Numbered from the stretch's first letter, positions 37,108-47,047 are shown. The stretch is 58,585 bases of DNA from an uncultured Clostridia bacterium (GCA_944372445.1 CALVZE010000004.1:1-58585); one strand, 5' to 3'. A program made the numbers and translations. Notes: generated by a model from the letters alone, not told the origin.

Positions 37108-39345
37108 ATGGCATTAGTAGGAACGATTGAAGATATTGTTTTTCGCAATGATGAAAATGGCTACACTGTGGCAAAACTAGAAAAAGATGGTTCGCTTGTC
37201 ACAGTTGTAGGTAAATTTATAGATGTGAAAGTGGGTGCTATGGTAACTTTGGAGGGCAAATTTGAGCGCTCCAAGTTTGGCGTGCAATATGCTTTTACCT
37301 CATATGAACTTACTCAGCCGAAAACTATTGCAGGCTTGGAAAAATACTTAGGCAGTGGACTTATTCGCGGAGTTGGACCGATAACTGCAAAGCGCATAGT
37401 AGAAACTTTCGGCACCGACACCTTAGAAATTTTAGAATATACACCAGAAAAACTTTCGGCTATAAAAGGAATAAGCGAAAAGAAAGCGCTTGAAATAGGC
37501 ATGAGTTATCGCGAACATAAAGAGGTGCAAAACACAATCATGTTTTTGCAATCTTACAACATTTCCACAAATATGTCGCTGAAAATATATAATGTATACC
37601 ACGAAAAGACAGCGGACATAGTTAAAAACAATCCATATAAGCTAATTGAAGATATTGACGGCATAGGCTTCACAACCGCCGACAGAATAGCAAAAAGTAT
37701 CGGCATACCGCAAGATAGCGCTTTCCGCGTAAGGGCTGGGCTTATTCATGTCTTAAAGATGAGTTGCGAAAAGAACGGCAACACTTATCTTCCTAAAAAT
37801 ATGCTTTTTGGCGAAACGGAAAAGGCTCTTGATTTAAACTATGAAGAGCATACCGAACTATTTAACAACACCTTTGACACTCTCTGCCTCGACAAAACTT
37901 GCGTCACCCTCTGGAACGACAATGTTGAAATCGTCATGCTTTCAAAGTATTATTATTACGAAAATTCCATCGCTCAAAAGCTTACATGGTTGAAAAATGT
38001 CAGCAAACAAAACGAGAATGATGTGGATGAAGATATCAAAAACTTTCAAGAGCGCAATAAGATTGAACTTCATGAAGAACAGATTAAAGCCGTTAAAGGT
38101 GCGGTGAATAATGGCGTATATGTGATTACCGGCGGACCTGGAACAGGCAAGACCACAATCATCAAATGTATCTTGGAAATTTTTGAAAACATGAAGCTTA
38201 GAGTTGCACTTGTTGCTCCAACGGGGCGTGCCTCAAAGCGTATGAGCGACAGCACCGGCAGAGAAGCTAAGACTATTCACAGACTGCTTGAAGTTAATGT
38301 CATTAAGACAAACGAAAGTTATTTTATGCACAATGAAAGCAACCCGCTTAAAGTGGATGCCGTGATTTGCGATGAGGTGTCCATGGTGGACTGCGCGCTC
38401 ATGTGCAACCTTTTAAAGGCATTACCGCGTGACTGCAAGCTCATTCTAGTCGGAGATAAAGACCAACTTCCAAGCGTTGGCGCAGGCAATGTGCTTGCTG
38501 ATATTTTGGCAAGTGGCACAATACCTTTCTGCATGCTGACAAAAATATTTAGACAGGGCGAAAAAAGTTTGATTATCACAAACGCTCACCTTATAAACGA
38601 CGGAAAGATGCCGTTAATTGACAACACAAGTCAAGATTTCTTTTTTGAAAGCAAAGGCGACCCTGAAAGCATTAAAAACACGATAGTAAACCTTGTCACC
38701 ACCCGCCTGCCAAAGTTCCTTAAAACCGACCCGCGTGAAATACAGGTGCTTGCGCCAATGAAAGCGGGAGTCTGTGGAATTGAAAGTTTAAACAAAACCT
38801 TGCAAGAAGTGATAAATCCACCAAGCGACACAAAGCCACAAGTGGAAGTAGGTCAAACGATTTTTAGGCTCGGCGACAAGGTCATGCAAATCACAAATAA
38901 CTATGACCTTGAATGGAAAAAACATGGCAAATATGCCGATGAAACAGGGCAAGGAGTTTTTAATGGTGACATCGGCTTTATCACTCTCATAGACCCGAAT
39001 AGTGGCGAGGTTAACGTGGAATTTGAAGACGGCAGAAACTGTCTTTACACTCGCCCAGACCTACTAGATCTTTCATTATCTTACGCAATTACCATTCATA
39101 AAAGCCAAGGCTCAGAGTTTGACACTGTCATCATTCCTGCAATTGCAGGCCCAAGCATAATACTAACAAGAAACTTAATCTACACCGCCGTCACCCGTGC
39201 GAAGAAAATGGTGGTCATTGTCGGCGAAAAACAATATTTAAAGCGAATGGTATCTAATAAATACACAGCAACCCGCTTTACTCTACTCAAAAAGTTACTT
39301 TTGAATGCAGAAGAAAAAATGGCAAAATTGTTTGATGAGAACTAA
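37108..39345 (+). CDS. recD2: ATP-dependent RecD2-like DNA helicase
   Basis: N-terminal OB/HhH region (GVGPITAKRIV), Walker A GGPGTGKT, DEVSMVD, VGDKDQLPSVG, YAITIHKSQGSE. Confidence 0.95.
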   Translation: MALVGTIEDIVFRNDENGYTVAKLEKDGSLVTVVGKFIDVKVGAMVTLEGKFERSKFGVQYAFTSYELTQPKTIAGLEKYLGSGLIRGVGPITAKRIVETFGTDTLEILEYTPEKLSAIKGISEKKALEIGMSYREHKEVQNTIMFLQSYNISTNMSLKIYNVYHEKTADIVKNNPYKLIEDIDGIGFTTADRIAKSIGIPQDSAFRVRAGLIHVLKMSCEKNGNTYLPKNMLFGETEKALDLNYEEHTELFNNTFDTLCLDKTCVTLWNDNVEIVMLSKYYYYENSIAQKLTWLKNVSKQNENDVDEDIKNFQERNKIELHEEQIKAVKGAVNNGVYVITGGPGTGKTTIIKCILEIFENMKLRVALVAPTGRASKRMSDSTGREAKTIHRLLEVNVIKTNESYFMHNESNPLKVDAVICDEVSMVDCALMCNLLKALPRDCKLILVGDKDQLPSVGAGNVLADILASGTIPFCMLTKIFRQGEKSLIITNAHLINDGKMPLIDNTSQDFFFESKGDPESIKNTIVNLVTTRLPKFLKTDPREIQVLAPMKAGVCGIESLNKTLQEVINPPSDTKPQVEVGQTIFRLGDKVMQITNNYDLEWKKHGKYADETGQGVFNGDIGFITLIDPNSGEVNVEFEDGRNCLYTRPDLLDLSLSYAITIHKSQGSEFDTVIIPAIAGPSIILTRNLIYTAVTRAKKMVVIVGEKQYLKRMVSNKYTATRFTLLKKLLLNAEEKMAKLFDEN

Positions 39346-40096
39346 AAGAAAAAACAAAACTAATAATACAAATTGGTTAGAAAACTTTTTAAGATTGATA
39401 TTTCCGCCAGATATCAAATGTATCTTTTGTGGCAAGGATATCAATCATTTTTACGAGCGCCCATTTTGTGATAGTTGTGGTAAGACATTAAGTTTCAATG
39501 TCGGCAATCGTTGCAGAATTTGTGATGAACCTATTGAAAATGAGGCACTAGTGTGCGACAACTGTCAAAAACGCAAGCATTATTTCAAGCATGCCTATTG
39601 TCCGTTTGTGTATGTCGATAAGGTTAGACAAAATCTACTTTCCTATAAGTCAGACAACAGACGTTATCTTGCTCTAGGTTATGCACTTTTAATTGTTAAG
39701 TATATAGGAGAGGACATCAAAAATTTTGACCTAATAACCTATGTGCCGATGACTAAAACACGAGAGAAGGAGCGCTCTTTTAATCAATCAAAATTGCTAG
39801 CCGAAGAAATAAGCAAATTGACCGACCTGCCTGTTGTTGAAAGTTTAAAGAAAAATTATGACACAAAAGCACAAAAAGAATTGAATTATAATGAACGATT
39901 AAAAAATATTCAAAACATCTTTTCTGTCATAAATAAAAAGGAAATTAAAGATAAAAACATCCTACTGATAGATGACATAATCACCACTTGCGCCACAGTA
40001 AACGCCTGTGCAAAAGAACTGTCAAAATACGCTAATAGTATCTCTGCCTGCGCCATGGCAAGAAACAAATTACATAAAAAAGCCGAAAATAAATAA
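39335..40096 (+). CDS. comF: ComF family protein (double zinc ribbon plus phosphoribosyltransferase)
   Basis: CIFC/CDSC/CRIC/CDNC zinc motifs, RSFNQS, LLIDDIITTCAT. Start probably 39335 (ORF track gives 39305). Confidence 0.88.
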   Translation: MRTKRKNKTNNTNWLENFLRLIFPPDIKCIFCGKDINHFYERPFCDSCGKTLSFNVGNRCRICDEPIENEALVCDNCQKRKHYFKHAYCPFVYVDKVRQNLLSYKSDNRRYLALGYALLIVKYIGEDIKNFDLITYVPMTKTREKERSFNQSKLLAEEISKLTDLPVVESLKKNYDTKAQKELNYNERLKNIQNIFSVINKKEIKDKNILLIDDIITTCATVNACAKELSKYANSISACAMARNKLHKKAENK

Positions 40097-40331
40097 AGGC
40101 TAAATTTAACTATTAACATAAAATCAACAACAAAACAAAATAAAGAAAAATCGCTAATTTAAATTAAAAATAATTTAAAAATAGTAAAAATACAATTTTT
40201 TGCTATTTTTTTTGATAAAAAATTGATTTTTTTGTCGTTTTTTTTGATTTTATTGCTTTTTTCTTTTTTTATTTATCTTATAATTAACTATTTTTAAATT
40301 TTGTTTTATAAACTTTATGAATTTAATTTTT

Positions 40332-41807
40332 TTATTTTTTATTTTCTAGCAAAAACTTTTCTTCTATCTTGTCATCCTTTTTCTCCAATTCCTTAATCTG
40401 CACTTTAAGTATATCAGCGCGCTTGATGTTGTATCTAGAAAAGATAAGAATAGCAATAGATATAGCAATGCTACTACCAAAAAAGACAATCTTTCCTAGG
40501 CCCGCCTGAACGGACAAGGCTTGCAGTGGCATGGTAGAATCAAATTTAATTAAGTCGAGAAGCACGCCGATAATTAAAAGCGTTATCGAGTTTGTGAAGT
40601 TGTAGGTAAAAGTATAATAACCTGTAAAACGCCCTGCGTTATTTTTCTTTGTCTTATACTGCTCCATTGTGACAACGTCGGCATACATCGAGTGAGGAAG
40701 CGAGTATAGCGCGCCTGAGCCTAACCCACATATAAATATGCACGGAAGCACGAACCAAAAGATAAAATCACTTGTGCAGTAAGTGCGAAAAAGAAAAGTC
40801 ACGCTTGTAAGCCCTATTCCGACCAAAAGCAAGCAAAGCGCAAAGATGAGCGTTTGTTTTTTATCGTATTTTTTTACCAAATTAACCCAAATGAGTTGTG
40901 AAAGTATCGCGCCACCGAAAAGACATATCATAATCACCGATATTTGAGTGGAAGAAAAGTGGTAGCAGAATGTGAAAAGATGCATGCCGACCGAAGTTAT
41001 AAAAATGGAAGCGATGAGAGAAACGGAATAGCCAAGCATAACCGTTCTAAACTCCTTCTTTTTTAGCGTTTCAAGATAGCCACCAATTATCTTTTTGAAG
41101 CCATGTTTCTCTTTTACCACACCCTCTTCTTCAACTGCACTTTTGTCGTAATTAGGCATTGATATCACTCTTTTGCGTGTGCCAAACACTGAGATAAGTC
41201 CGCAAATTATGACGAGTGCGGAATTTACAAGTGCGATATGGATATACCCCTCTTTATTAAACTGTGTTTGAACGCCAATGCTTGCTGACGGCATAAAAAT
41301 ATACATAAGAATGCTTGGCATAATCATACCCAAAATGTAAAATACCGACTTAAAACTTTGCATCTTCGTTTGGTCATTATAGTCTGGCGCAATATCTATG
41401 CAGAGCGCAGAATATGGCGTAGCAAAAAAGGTGTTAAAGGTTTCCTGCAAGAGTAAAAATCCCATGAGCCAAAGAATGGCAAGGTTTGAACCTTTTTCAA
41501 CAGGGCATGACCAAAGCAAAATGTTGCATAGCGCAAGCACAAAAGATGCTATTAACATATGGAGAAGTCGCCTGCCAAAAAATTTATTTTTCGTTCTATC
41601 TGACAAATAGCCGATGATTGGGTCAGACACACCGTCCCAAAGCGATGTCAGCGCAATTGTTGCGCCAACAAGCACACCAGACAGCCCCATAACGCTCGTG
41701 GCAAAGAACATGATAAAAGAACTGACGGTTTGTCCCATACTGCCATACCCTAGATTGCCAAATCCATAACTCAATTTTGTCCAAAAGGAGAGCTTTTTCT
41801 TTTCCAC
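40332..41807 (-). CDS. MFS transporter, MelB/GPH-like
   Basis: KLSYGFGNLG, WDGVSDPIIGYLSDRT, PYSALCIDI, about 12 TM helices. Confidence 0.88.
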   Translation of the reverse strand: MEKKKLSFWTKLSYGFGNLGYGSMGQTVSSFIMFFATSVMGLSGVLVGATIALTSLWDGVSDPIIGYLSDRTKNKFFGRRLLHMLIASFVLALCNILLWSCPVEKGSNLAILWLMGFLLLQETFNTFFATPYSALCIDIAPDYNDQTKMQSFKSVFYILGMIMPSILMYIFMPSASIGVQTQFNKEGYIHIALVNSALVIICGLISVFGTRKRVISMPNYDKSAVEEEGVVKEKHGFKKIIGGYLETLKKKEFRTVMLGYSVSLIASIFITSVGMHLFTFCYHFSSTQISVIMICLFGGAILSQLIWVNLVKKYDKKQTLIFALCLLLVGIGLTSVTFLFRTYCTSDFIFWFVLPCIFICGLGSGALYSLPHSMYADVVTMEQYKTKKNNAGRFTGYYTFTYNFTNSITLLIIGVLLDLIKFDSTMPLQALSVQAGLGKIVFFGSSIAISIAILIFSRYNIKRADILKVQIKELEKKDDKIEEKFLLENKK

Positions 41808-41932
41808 ATATTAATATATGAAAACAAACCTAGCGTTTAGAATTTTATTTAATGACAAAATTAAAGGCTTATTTTATCGTGCTGTCGGGAGAAATTTTTG
41901 TTTATTCGCCGAAAACATATAAAAAAGAGGAA

Positions 41933-42715
41933 TTAAAATTCCTCTTCGTGCTTGTTTTTTTCTTTTCTCTTTTTCTTTTCTTCCAACTTGCGTTTCTTTT
42001 CTTCTGCTTTATCAACCATTTGTGCGTTTATCATGGTTTCAGCAATCTCAAATCTATTTTTAATAACAGGCACAAGTTCCTTGCAATAACGCGATATAAC
42101 CGCTTCAACATGTTCTCTTTCTCTTTCATAATCAGGGTCATCTTCCATCTCCAAGGAGAAGATACGCTTTTCACCCTTTCTTCCCGTTCGCATATCGCGA
42201 ATGGCTAAATTTTCAAAAGTTGCCACCACTTCATAACCTGTTCCACTGACAATTTTATACTTATTTCCACTAATTCCTATTTTAATATATGGAGTGGAGT
42301 GTTTAACCACATCCACCAAATTTATAGTAAACACATTGTTGAAAATATTATTGACAGCATCAGCAATCTGCACAGGAAAATCGCTTGGACTATCTTCACG
42401 CTCGCACTCTCCAAGAAAGGATTTTTTTTCATGCAACTGATAACTATCAGTCAGGTTGTTTATTCTAACAAGAGAAAAATACGCACGCGCAGGAGTCAAC
42501 TTTTTTCTAAGCACCAAGCCAACGCCTGTCAACAATTTCTTGTCAGTGTCATAAACAACTTCTTCCTCTTTAATTACGCCATCGCTCACAATACTATAAA
42601 AGCCGAGATTGTTTCTAAGCTTTCTTGTGGTCATGCGCTCATCATCAATAATAATATAGTAGTTTTTTCTTATGGTGCTATACTTTGTTGGCTTTCCTTT
42701 ATCTGGCAGAAGCAT
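41933..42715 (-). CDS. Hypothetical protein, divergent CYTH-like fold
   Basis: VYDTDKKLLTGVGLVLRKK resembles the CYTH YYDT...L...G..LR segment. No N-terminal ExExK. Start 42715 on the basis of RBS AGGAGG. Confidence 0.5.
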   Translation of the reverse strand: MLLPDKGKPTKYSTIRKNYYIIIDDERMTTRKLRNNLGFYSIVSDGVIKEEEVVYDTDKKLLTGVGLVLRKKLTPARAYFSLVRINNLTDSYQLHEKKSFLGECEREDSPSDFPVQIADAVNNIFNNVFTINLVDVVKHSTPYIKIGISGNKYKIVSGTGYEVVATFENLAIRDMRTGRKGEKRIFSLEMEDDPDYEREREHVEAVISRYCKELVPVIKNRFEIAETMINAQMVDKAEEKKRKLEEKKKRKEKNKHEEEF

Positions 42716-42842
42716 ATCTTTCCTCCTTTGACATAACAAAATTTACATCATGCTTATATAGATATATTGTAAACAAAAAAAAATAAAAAAGCAAATGAAT
42801 AATAAAATTTAATCTGTCAATATTTCATGAGAGGAGATTAAT

Positions 42843-43439
42843 ATGGATTTTAATGAAAGCGTAACAAAAATAAACCTTGCAAGGAGCTTTTCCGCAGAAT
42901 GCCAAGCAGGAGCGCGCTATCAATTTATGAGCAAAATGGCGTTAAAAGACAACCAAAAGTTTATCTCAGACACCATGAAAACGCTTGCTAAAAACGAAAT
43001 GGCGCACGCAAAAGTCTTCTATGACTACATCATAGAAAAGGGTAGTTCAAAAAATATCGCCATTGAGGCAGGTTATCCGTTTGAAACGCCAGAGCTTAAA
43101 TCCTCGCTTTTAGGAGAAGCTTTGATAGAACTATCGGAAGCAAAAAACATCTATCCTTCTTTTGCAAAAATAGCGCAGGATGAGGGCTTTACCGATATTG
43201 CGAAGTCTTTTGAAATGGTGGCACGCGTAGAGGAAACACATCATAAGATGTTAAACTATCTCGGCTCGCTATACAAAAATCATACCATGTATAAGAGAAA
43301 CAAAGACACAAAGTGGAAATGCTCTAACTGCGGACTTGTAGAGATAGCAAAAGAAAGCTATAAAACATGTCCTCTTTGCCATTTAGAGCAGGGTTGTGTT
43401 ATTATAGACTTAGAGCACGAAATAAACGATGAATGCTGA
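42843..43439 (+). CDS. rbr: Rubrerythrin
   Basis: FSAECQAGARY, NEMAHA, EETH and C-terminal rubredoxin-like CSNC...CPLC. Confidence 0.92.
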   Translation: MDFNESVTKINLARSFSAECQAGARYQFMSKMALKDNQKFISDTMKTLAKNEMAHAKVFYDYIIEKGSSKNIAIEAGYPFETPELKSSLLGEALIELSEAKNIYPSFAKIAQDEGFTDIAKSFEMVARVEETHHKMLNYLGSLYKNHTMYKRNKDTKWKCSNCGLVEIAKESYKTCPLCHLEQGCVIIDLEHEINDEC

Positions 43440-43590
43440 ACCTTCGGCATTTTTTACATATAATTTATACGATTTACACAAAAACTATGCCTTTTAGTAA
43501 AAGTTTTTTATAAGAATAAGTATAACACTTAAATTTAGTCTTAATTATGAGTCTTATTTAAGACAAATTAGCTTGTTAAACTATCGAAAA

Positions 43591-43618
43591 TAAAAAGAGC
43601 ATGGAATTTCCATGCTCT
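43591..43618 (-). terminator. Intrinsic terminator of hup
   Basis: AGAGCATGGA / TCCATGCTCT stem with a U tract on the minus strand. Confidence 0.7.
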
Positions 43619-43625
43619 AATTTAT

Positions 43626-43901
43626 TTAATCATTAAAAATTGCTTTAAAGCTCTTACCAAACTTAAATTTTGGTTGTTTGCAAGCTGGCACCTTAACCTT
43701 TTGCTTTGTCATTGGGTTAACCTTTGTTGTTGCCGCCTTTTTAACAATTTCAAAAGAACCAAAACCAGGTATAACAATTTTGTCATCACCTTTAAGAACT
43801 GTTACGATGGTATCAACCATAGCGTCAAACACAATTCCTGCGTCCTTTTGTGTGCAATTTGCTTTTTCTGCAACTGCTTTAATGAATTCACCTTTATTCA
43901 T
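43626..43901 (-). CDS. hup: DNA-binding protein HU
   Basis: MNKGEFIKAVAEK...IPGFGSF...NPMT...PKFKFGK. Start 43901. Confidence 0.95.
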   Translation of the reverse strand: MNKGEFIKAVAEKANCTQKDAGIVFDAMVDTIVTVLKGDDKIVIPGFGSFEIVKKAATTKVNPMTKQKVKVPACKQPKFKFGKSFKAIFND

Positions 43902-43983
43902 AAATATTCTCCTTTTTGTGATATTTAGCAATTACTGCTATCTCTATAATAGCACAAAAATTAGATATTTCCAAACAATTTCG

Positions 43984-44817
43984 CTATCTTGCAAAAAAAT
44001 CTTCAACCTGAGAATAATAAAATTTAATCACTTCAAGCACTCGATTGCCAAAAGAGTAGTCATAGACAAAAAGTTCCACATAGCCAACTATATTATCATA
44101 TGACATAAAACCATATCGTCTTGAATCCGCGCTGACGGCACGATTATCGCCCAAACAGAGGGTGTAACCTTCTGGCACACACACATATTTTAACCCATCA
44201 TCTGAAATATAATAATCAAAATTTGAGTTTGTCATGTTAAGCAGAAATTTCTCATAAAACTTGTATTCATAAATTTTATCGCCGTCATACTGAATAGAAG
44301 TTTCATCCCAAACAACATCATAGCCACTTGAATTTTTGTTTTCTACAACCATGGCGTCGCTATCGGAAATCAAGCTCTCCTTTTCCCCCTCTAAATTTAA
44401 TGCCATCATGCTGGCAGGAATTCTATAAAGATAAAAATCCTCGCCACTTTTAGCAATCGTCACATAGTCACCGCTCTCTGCCACAACCCTTTTAATGATA
44501 GACGAAGATGAAATATTATTGATAACAACAATATCGCCCACCTCAATCTTCCCATAAAGATTAACATAAACAGCATCCATAGCACTATTTTCGTCATGGT
44601 CTGATATCTGCGCGTTTAGTGTAGGCTTCATGGAAGGACCATATACAATATAGTAACGATGAGTGACAATGAAATAGGTATACCACGCAAAAAACACAAG
44701 AAAAAAGAGTAATATAACATATAAAGTTATATGCGTTGTCAAATACCACGCAATAGATTTCGTTTCTTCCTTTTTCTTTTTGTTATAACTCACAAAATTA
44801 TCGTCACTATATTTCAA
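43984..44817 (-). CDS. lepB: Signal peptidase I
   Basis: TM anchor, GPSMKPTL (catalytic Ser), IIKRVVA (Lys), LGDNRAVSADSRRYG. Confidence 0.92.
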   Translation of the reverse strand: MKYSDDNFVSYNKKKKEETKSIAWYLTTHITLYVILLFFLVFFAWYTYFIVTHRYYIVYGPSMKPTLNAQISDHDENSAMDAVYVNLYGKIEVGDIVVINNISSSSIIKRVVAESGDYVTIAKSGEDFYLYRIPASMMALNLEGEKESLISDSDAMVVENKNSSGYDVVWDETSIQYDGDKIYEYKFYEKFLLNMTNSNFDYYISDDGLKYVCVPEGYTLCLGDNRAVSADSRRYGFMSYDNIVGYVELFVYDYSFGNRVLEVIKFYYSQVEDFFAR

Positions 44818-44935
44818 TTCAACCCTCTTAAAATTTTATGTTTTGATAAAATTATAAAAATTTTGCCTAATTTTTGCTTAAAAACGCGAAAAAATCATAT
44901 TTTTTTGATGTTTTTTGCGATATTTTTAAGCAATT

Positions 44936-45478
44936 TTAGTTTTCTTTTCTTAAAGAAAATCTGCAACCGCAATAATTTTGCCTGTATAAAGAAAGCTCTT
45001 TTGACAAATTTATACTTCTTAAATAGCCGTCTTTTTTCTTGAAAGATTCTTCTAAAAATTCCACCTGCCACTTTTCTGAAAGCTCCTTCCCTACGCGGTT
45101 GATAATAGGAGTGCTTTTGTGAGGACTGACCGTCAGCGTCGTTCCGAAGATATCAAAACCACCCTCCTTCGCCTTCTTCGCCGTTTCTTCTAAGCGGTAA
45201 TAAAAGCACTTTTCGCATCTCGCCCCACCTTCTCGCTCGCCCTCTAAACCTTTAATATATTGAAGCCAACTTCCTTCGTCATAATCACCGTCAATAAAAG
45301 GAACATTAAAGTGAGAACATACTATCTTTTCATTCTCCTTTCGCTTTTCATATTCTTCGCGTGGATATATATTAGGATTATAATAAAAGATAGTGACACC
45401 ATAGTCATCCATAAGCCTTTCAATGCATACAGTTGAACATGGACCGCAACAAGAATGAAGCAGTATCTTCTTTTTCAT
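44936..45478 (-). CDS. queH: Epoxyqueuosine reductase QueH (DUF208)
   Basis: LLHSCCGPCS, YNPNIYP, RCEKC, TTLTVSPHK, YRQNYCGC. Start 45478. Confidence 0.92.
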   Translation of the reverse strand: MKKKILLHSCCGPCSTVCIERLMDDYGVTIFYYNPNIYPREEYEKRKENEKIVCSHFNVPFIDGDYDEGSWLQYIKGLEGEREGGARCEKCFYYRLEETAKKAKEGGFDIFGTTLTVSPHKSTPIINRVGKELSEKWQVEFLEESFKKKDGYLRSINLSKELSLYRQNYCGCRFSLRKEN

Positions 45479-45559
45479 AACGGAGTAATTATAGCACACA
45501 AATTGTTAAAAAGTAAAGCAAAAACATAATTGGTTTAATTATAAAACATAATTATAAAC

Positions 45560-45995
45560 TCATCCACAACTTTTCACTTTTCGTTCTTCACTTTTTTGTC
45601 ATCCACAATTTTTATTTTTTATTTCTTATTTACACTAAGTCCTGTCATCCTAACAAGAGGCTTATATTTGTCATCCTGAGCGAAGTCGAAGGATCTAAAA
45701 AGATACGCTGTATATAAAATCATCCACAACTTTTATTTTTTCTTTTTTATTTCTTATTTCCGCTAGGTTTTGTCATCCCGATCCGCGTCGCAAACTGCAC
45801 TTCATTTCGCGTTTCGGCATGAATGCCAAACCGCTTACCATTCGTTTGTTTGCTCCTCTTCCCCAAAAGTGAAAGTCACTTTCGGGGACCCCACATAGGA
45901 TATAAGAAAATACAGCTTGGTTTTGGAGATTCTTCGACGGCAGTCGCTTCGCTTTACTCCGAGTAGCGATTAGGAAAATTTATTTTTCATGCCCG
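45560..45995. repeat. Cluster B: composite of REP-like units, short direct repeats and a GC-rich hairpin repeat
   Basis: TCATCCACAA x3 (45560, 45599, 45720). REP unit 45669-45708. CCCCAAAAGTGA/TCACTTTCGGGG hairpin 45861-45887. GAGATTCTTCGACGGC (45926-45941) is the exact reverse complement of 25160-25175. TTCGTTTGTTTGCTC is shared with 24925-24939. Confidence 0.78.
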
Positions 45996-46023
45996 CGTTA
46001 AGCGTAGTTAGTGTCTGTCCCAG

Positions 46024-46356
46024 CTATATTACATTCACCGCATACATCATCATCTCTTGCACGCTTTCCGCTTTTAATCTATATATAAGCACCTTGCCCT
46101 CACGCTTAAAATCAACGATATTTTGGTCTTTTAGCGTCTTTAACTGATGAGAAATGGTTGTTTGATTGATGCCTAACAAACACGATAAATCATTGACACA
46201 CATATCCATAATAGATAAACAAGACAAGATTTTAATTCTCGTGTTATCGGAAAAGTTTTGAAAGTAAAGAGCAAGCTTATTAATTACTTCCTCATCTGGC
46301 AAGACATTTAAAAGTTCATATTTATTTCTTTCATTTAACCTTAATAATTTCTCCAT
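46024..46356 (-). CDS. ArsR/SmtB family transcriptional regulator
   Basis: DNTRIKILSCL, MCVNDLS, TISHQLKTLK, KREGKVLIYRL. Start 46356 on the basis of RBS AGGAGG. Confidence 0.92.
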   Translation of the reverse strand: MEKLLRLNERNKYELLNVLPDEEVINKLALYFQNFSDNTRIKILSCLSIMDMCVNDLSCLLGINQTTISHQLKTLKDQNIVDFKREGKVLIYRLKAESVQEMMMYAVNVI

Positions 46357-46515
46357 TACACCTCCTTGTAACAATCTAAATTTTTTAAACATATAAATTA
46401 GCATACCACCTTTAATTATTTTGCCTTACATATGAAGAGGAAGTCAAATGAACAAAACTTTAAATTTTGCAATATTTGACTTATTAGAGAAAGTTTTGTT
46501 GAAAAGGAGGAAAAT

Positions 46516-46701
46516 ATGTCACAAGAATTTTTATGGGTGTTTTTGCTGTCGGTTTTGGCATCAAATAATGACACCAACCTTGCCACTAACACAAATATCT
46601 TACTTTTGCTCTTACTTGGACTAAGCGGAAACAATTGGAACAACGGCTGGAACAACAACTTAGGCGGATGCTGTTGTGGCAACACTAGACAATTTATTTA
46701 A
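46516..46701 (+). CDS. Small Asn/Gly/Cys-rich hydrophobic protein (possible spore-associated peptide)
   Basis: Strong RBS AAGGAGG, 61 aa, followed by a terminator. Sequence contains ILLLLLLGLSGNNWNNGWNNNLGGCCCG. Confidence 0.65.
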   Translation: MSQEFLWVFLLSVLASNNDTNLATNTNILLLLLLGLSGNNWNNGWNNNLGGCCCGNTRQFI

Positions 46702-46711
46702 CCCTCCTTTT

Positions 46712-46736
46712 AAAATAGGCGTTTGCCTATTTTTTA
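46712..46736 (+). terminator. Intrinsic terminator after the small protein
   Basis: AAAATAGGC-GTTT-GCCTATTTTTT. Confidence 0.7.
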
Positions 46737-46738
46737 TT

Positions 46739-46853
46739 TGTCATCCTGAGCCACGAACGAAGTGAGTGTGTCGAAGGATCTAAGAGAGTGCAGTTTGAGT
46801 TACAAACATCAGACATCCAAGCATTGCTTGGTCGAAGGTTCTAAAAAATATGC
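46739..46853. repeat. Cluster C of REP-like repeats (2 units)
   Basis: TGTCATCCTGAGC-CACGAACGAAGTGAGTGT-GTCGAAGGATCT (46739-46781) and degenerate GACATCCAAGCATTGCTTGGTCGAAGGTTCTAAAAAATATGC (46812-46853). Confidence 0.75.
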
Positions 46854-46946
46854 GAATAAATTTAACCAAAAAACCTTTTTAATATATTCATTAAAAATTA
46901 GATAAAAAATAATTTAAAAAAAATTTAAAAAAATTATTAAAATCGT

Positions 46947-46975
46947 TTGCCAAATATTTTTTTATGTGTTATTAT
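46947..46975 (+). promoter_or_regulatory. Putative sigma-A promoter of the pilin-like gene
   Basis: TTGCCA-17 nt-TATTAT with an extended -10 (TGnTATTAT). Confidence 0.5.
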
Positions 46976-47047
46976 ATGCATGTAATCAAATTAAAGAATA
47001 AAAATTCTTGTTTTGATAATGATAATAATTAATGGGAGGAAAAAATT

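Noticed and set aside
31677-44103. Longer antisense ORFs 31677-32135, 42299-42736 and 43678-44103 (+)
   Set aside because: They lie opposite well-supported genes (cca, CYTH-like, hup/lepB) and have a composition typical of antisense frames.
45560-45730. Three TCATCCACA words resembling DnaA boxes (possible oriC)
   Set aside because: Each is 8/9 to TTATCCACA, they are part of a local direct repeat, all are in one orientation, and no dnaA/dnaN/gidA lies nearby.
45479-46023. preQ1 riboswitch upstream of queH
   Set aside because: No recognisable preQ1 aptamer pattern. The region is explained by the repeat mosaic.
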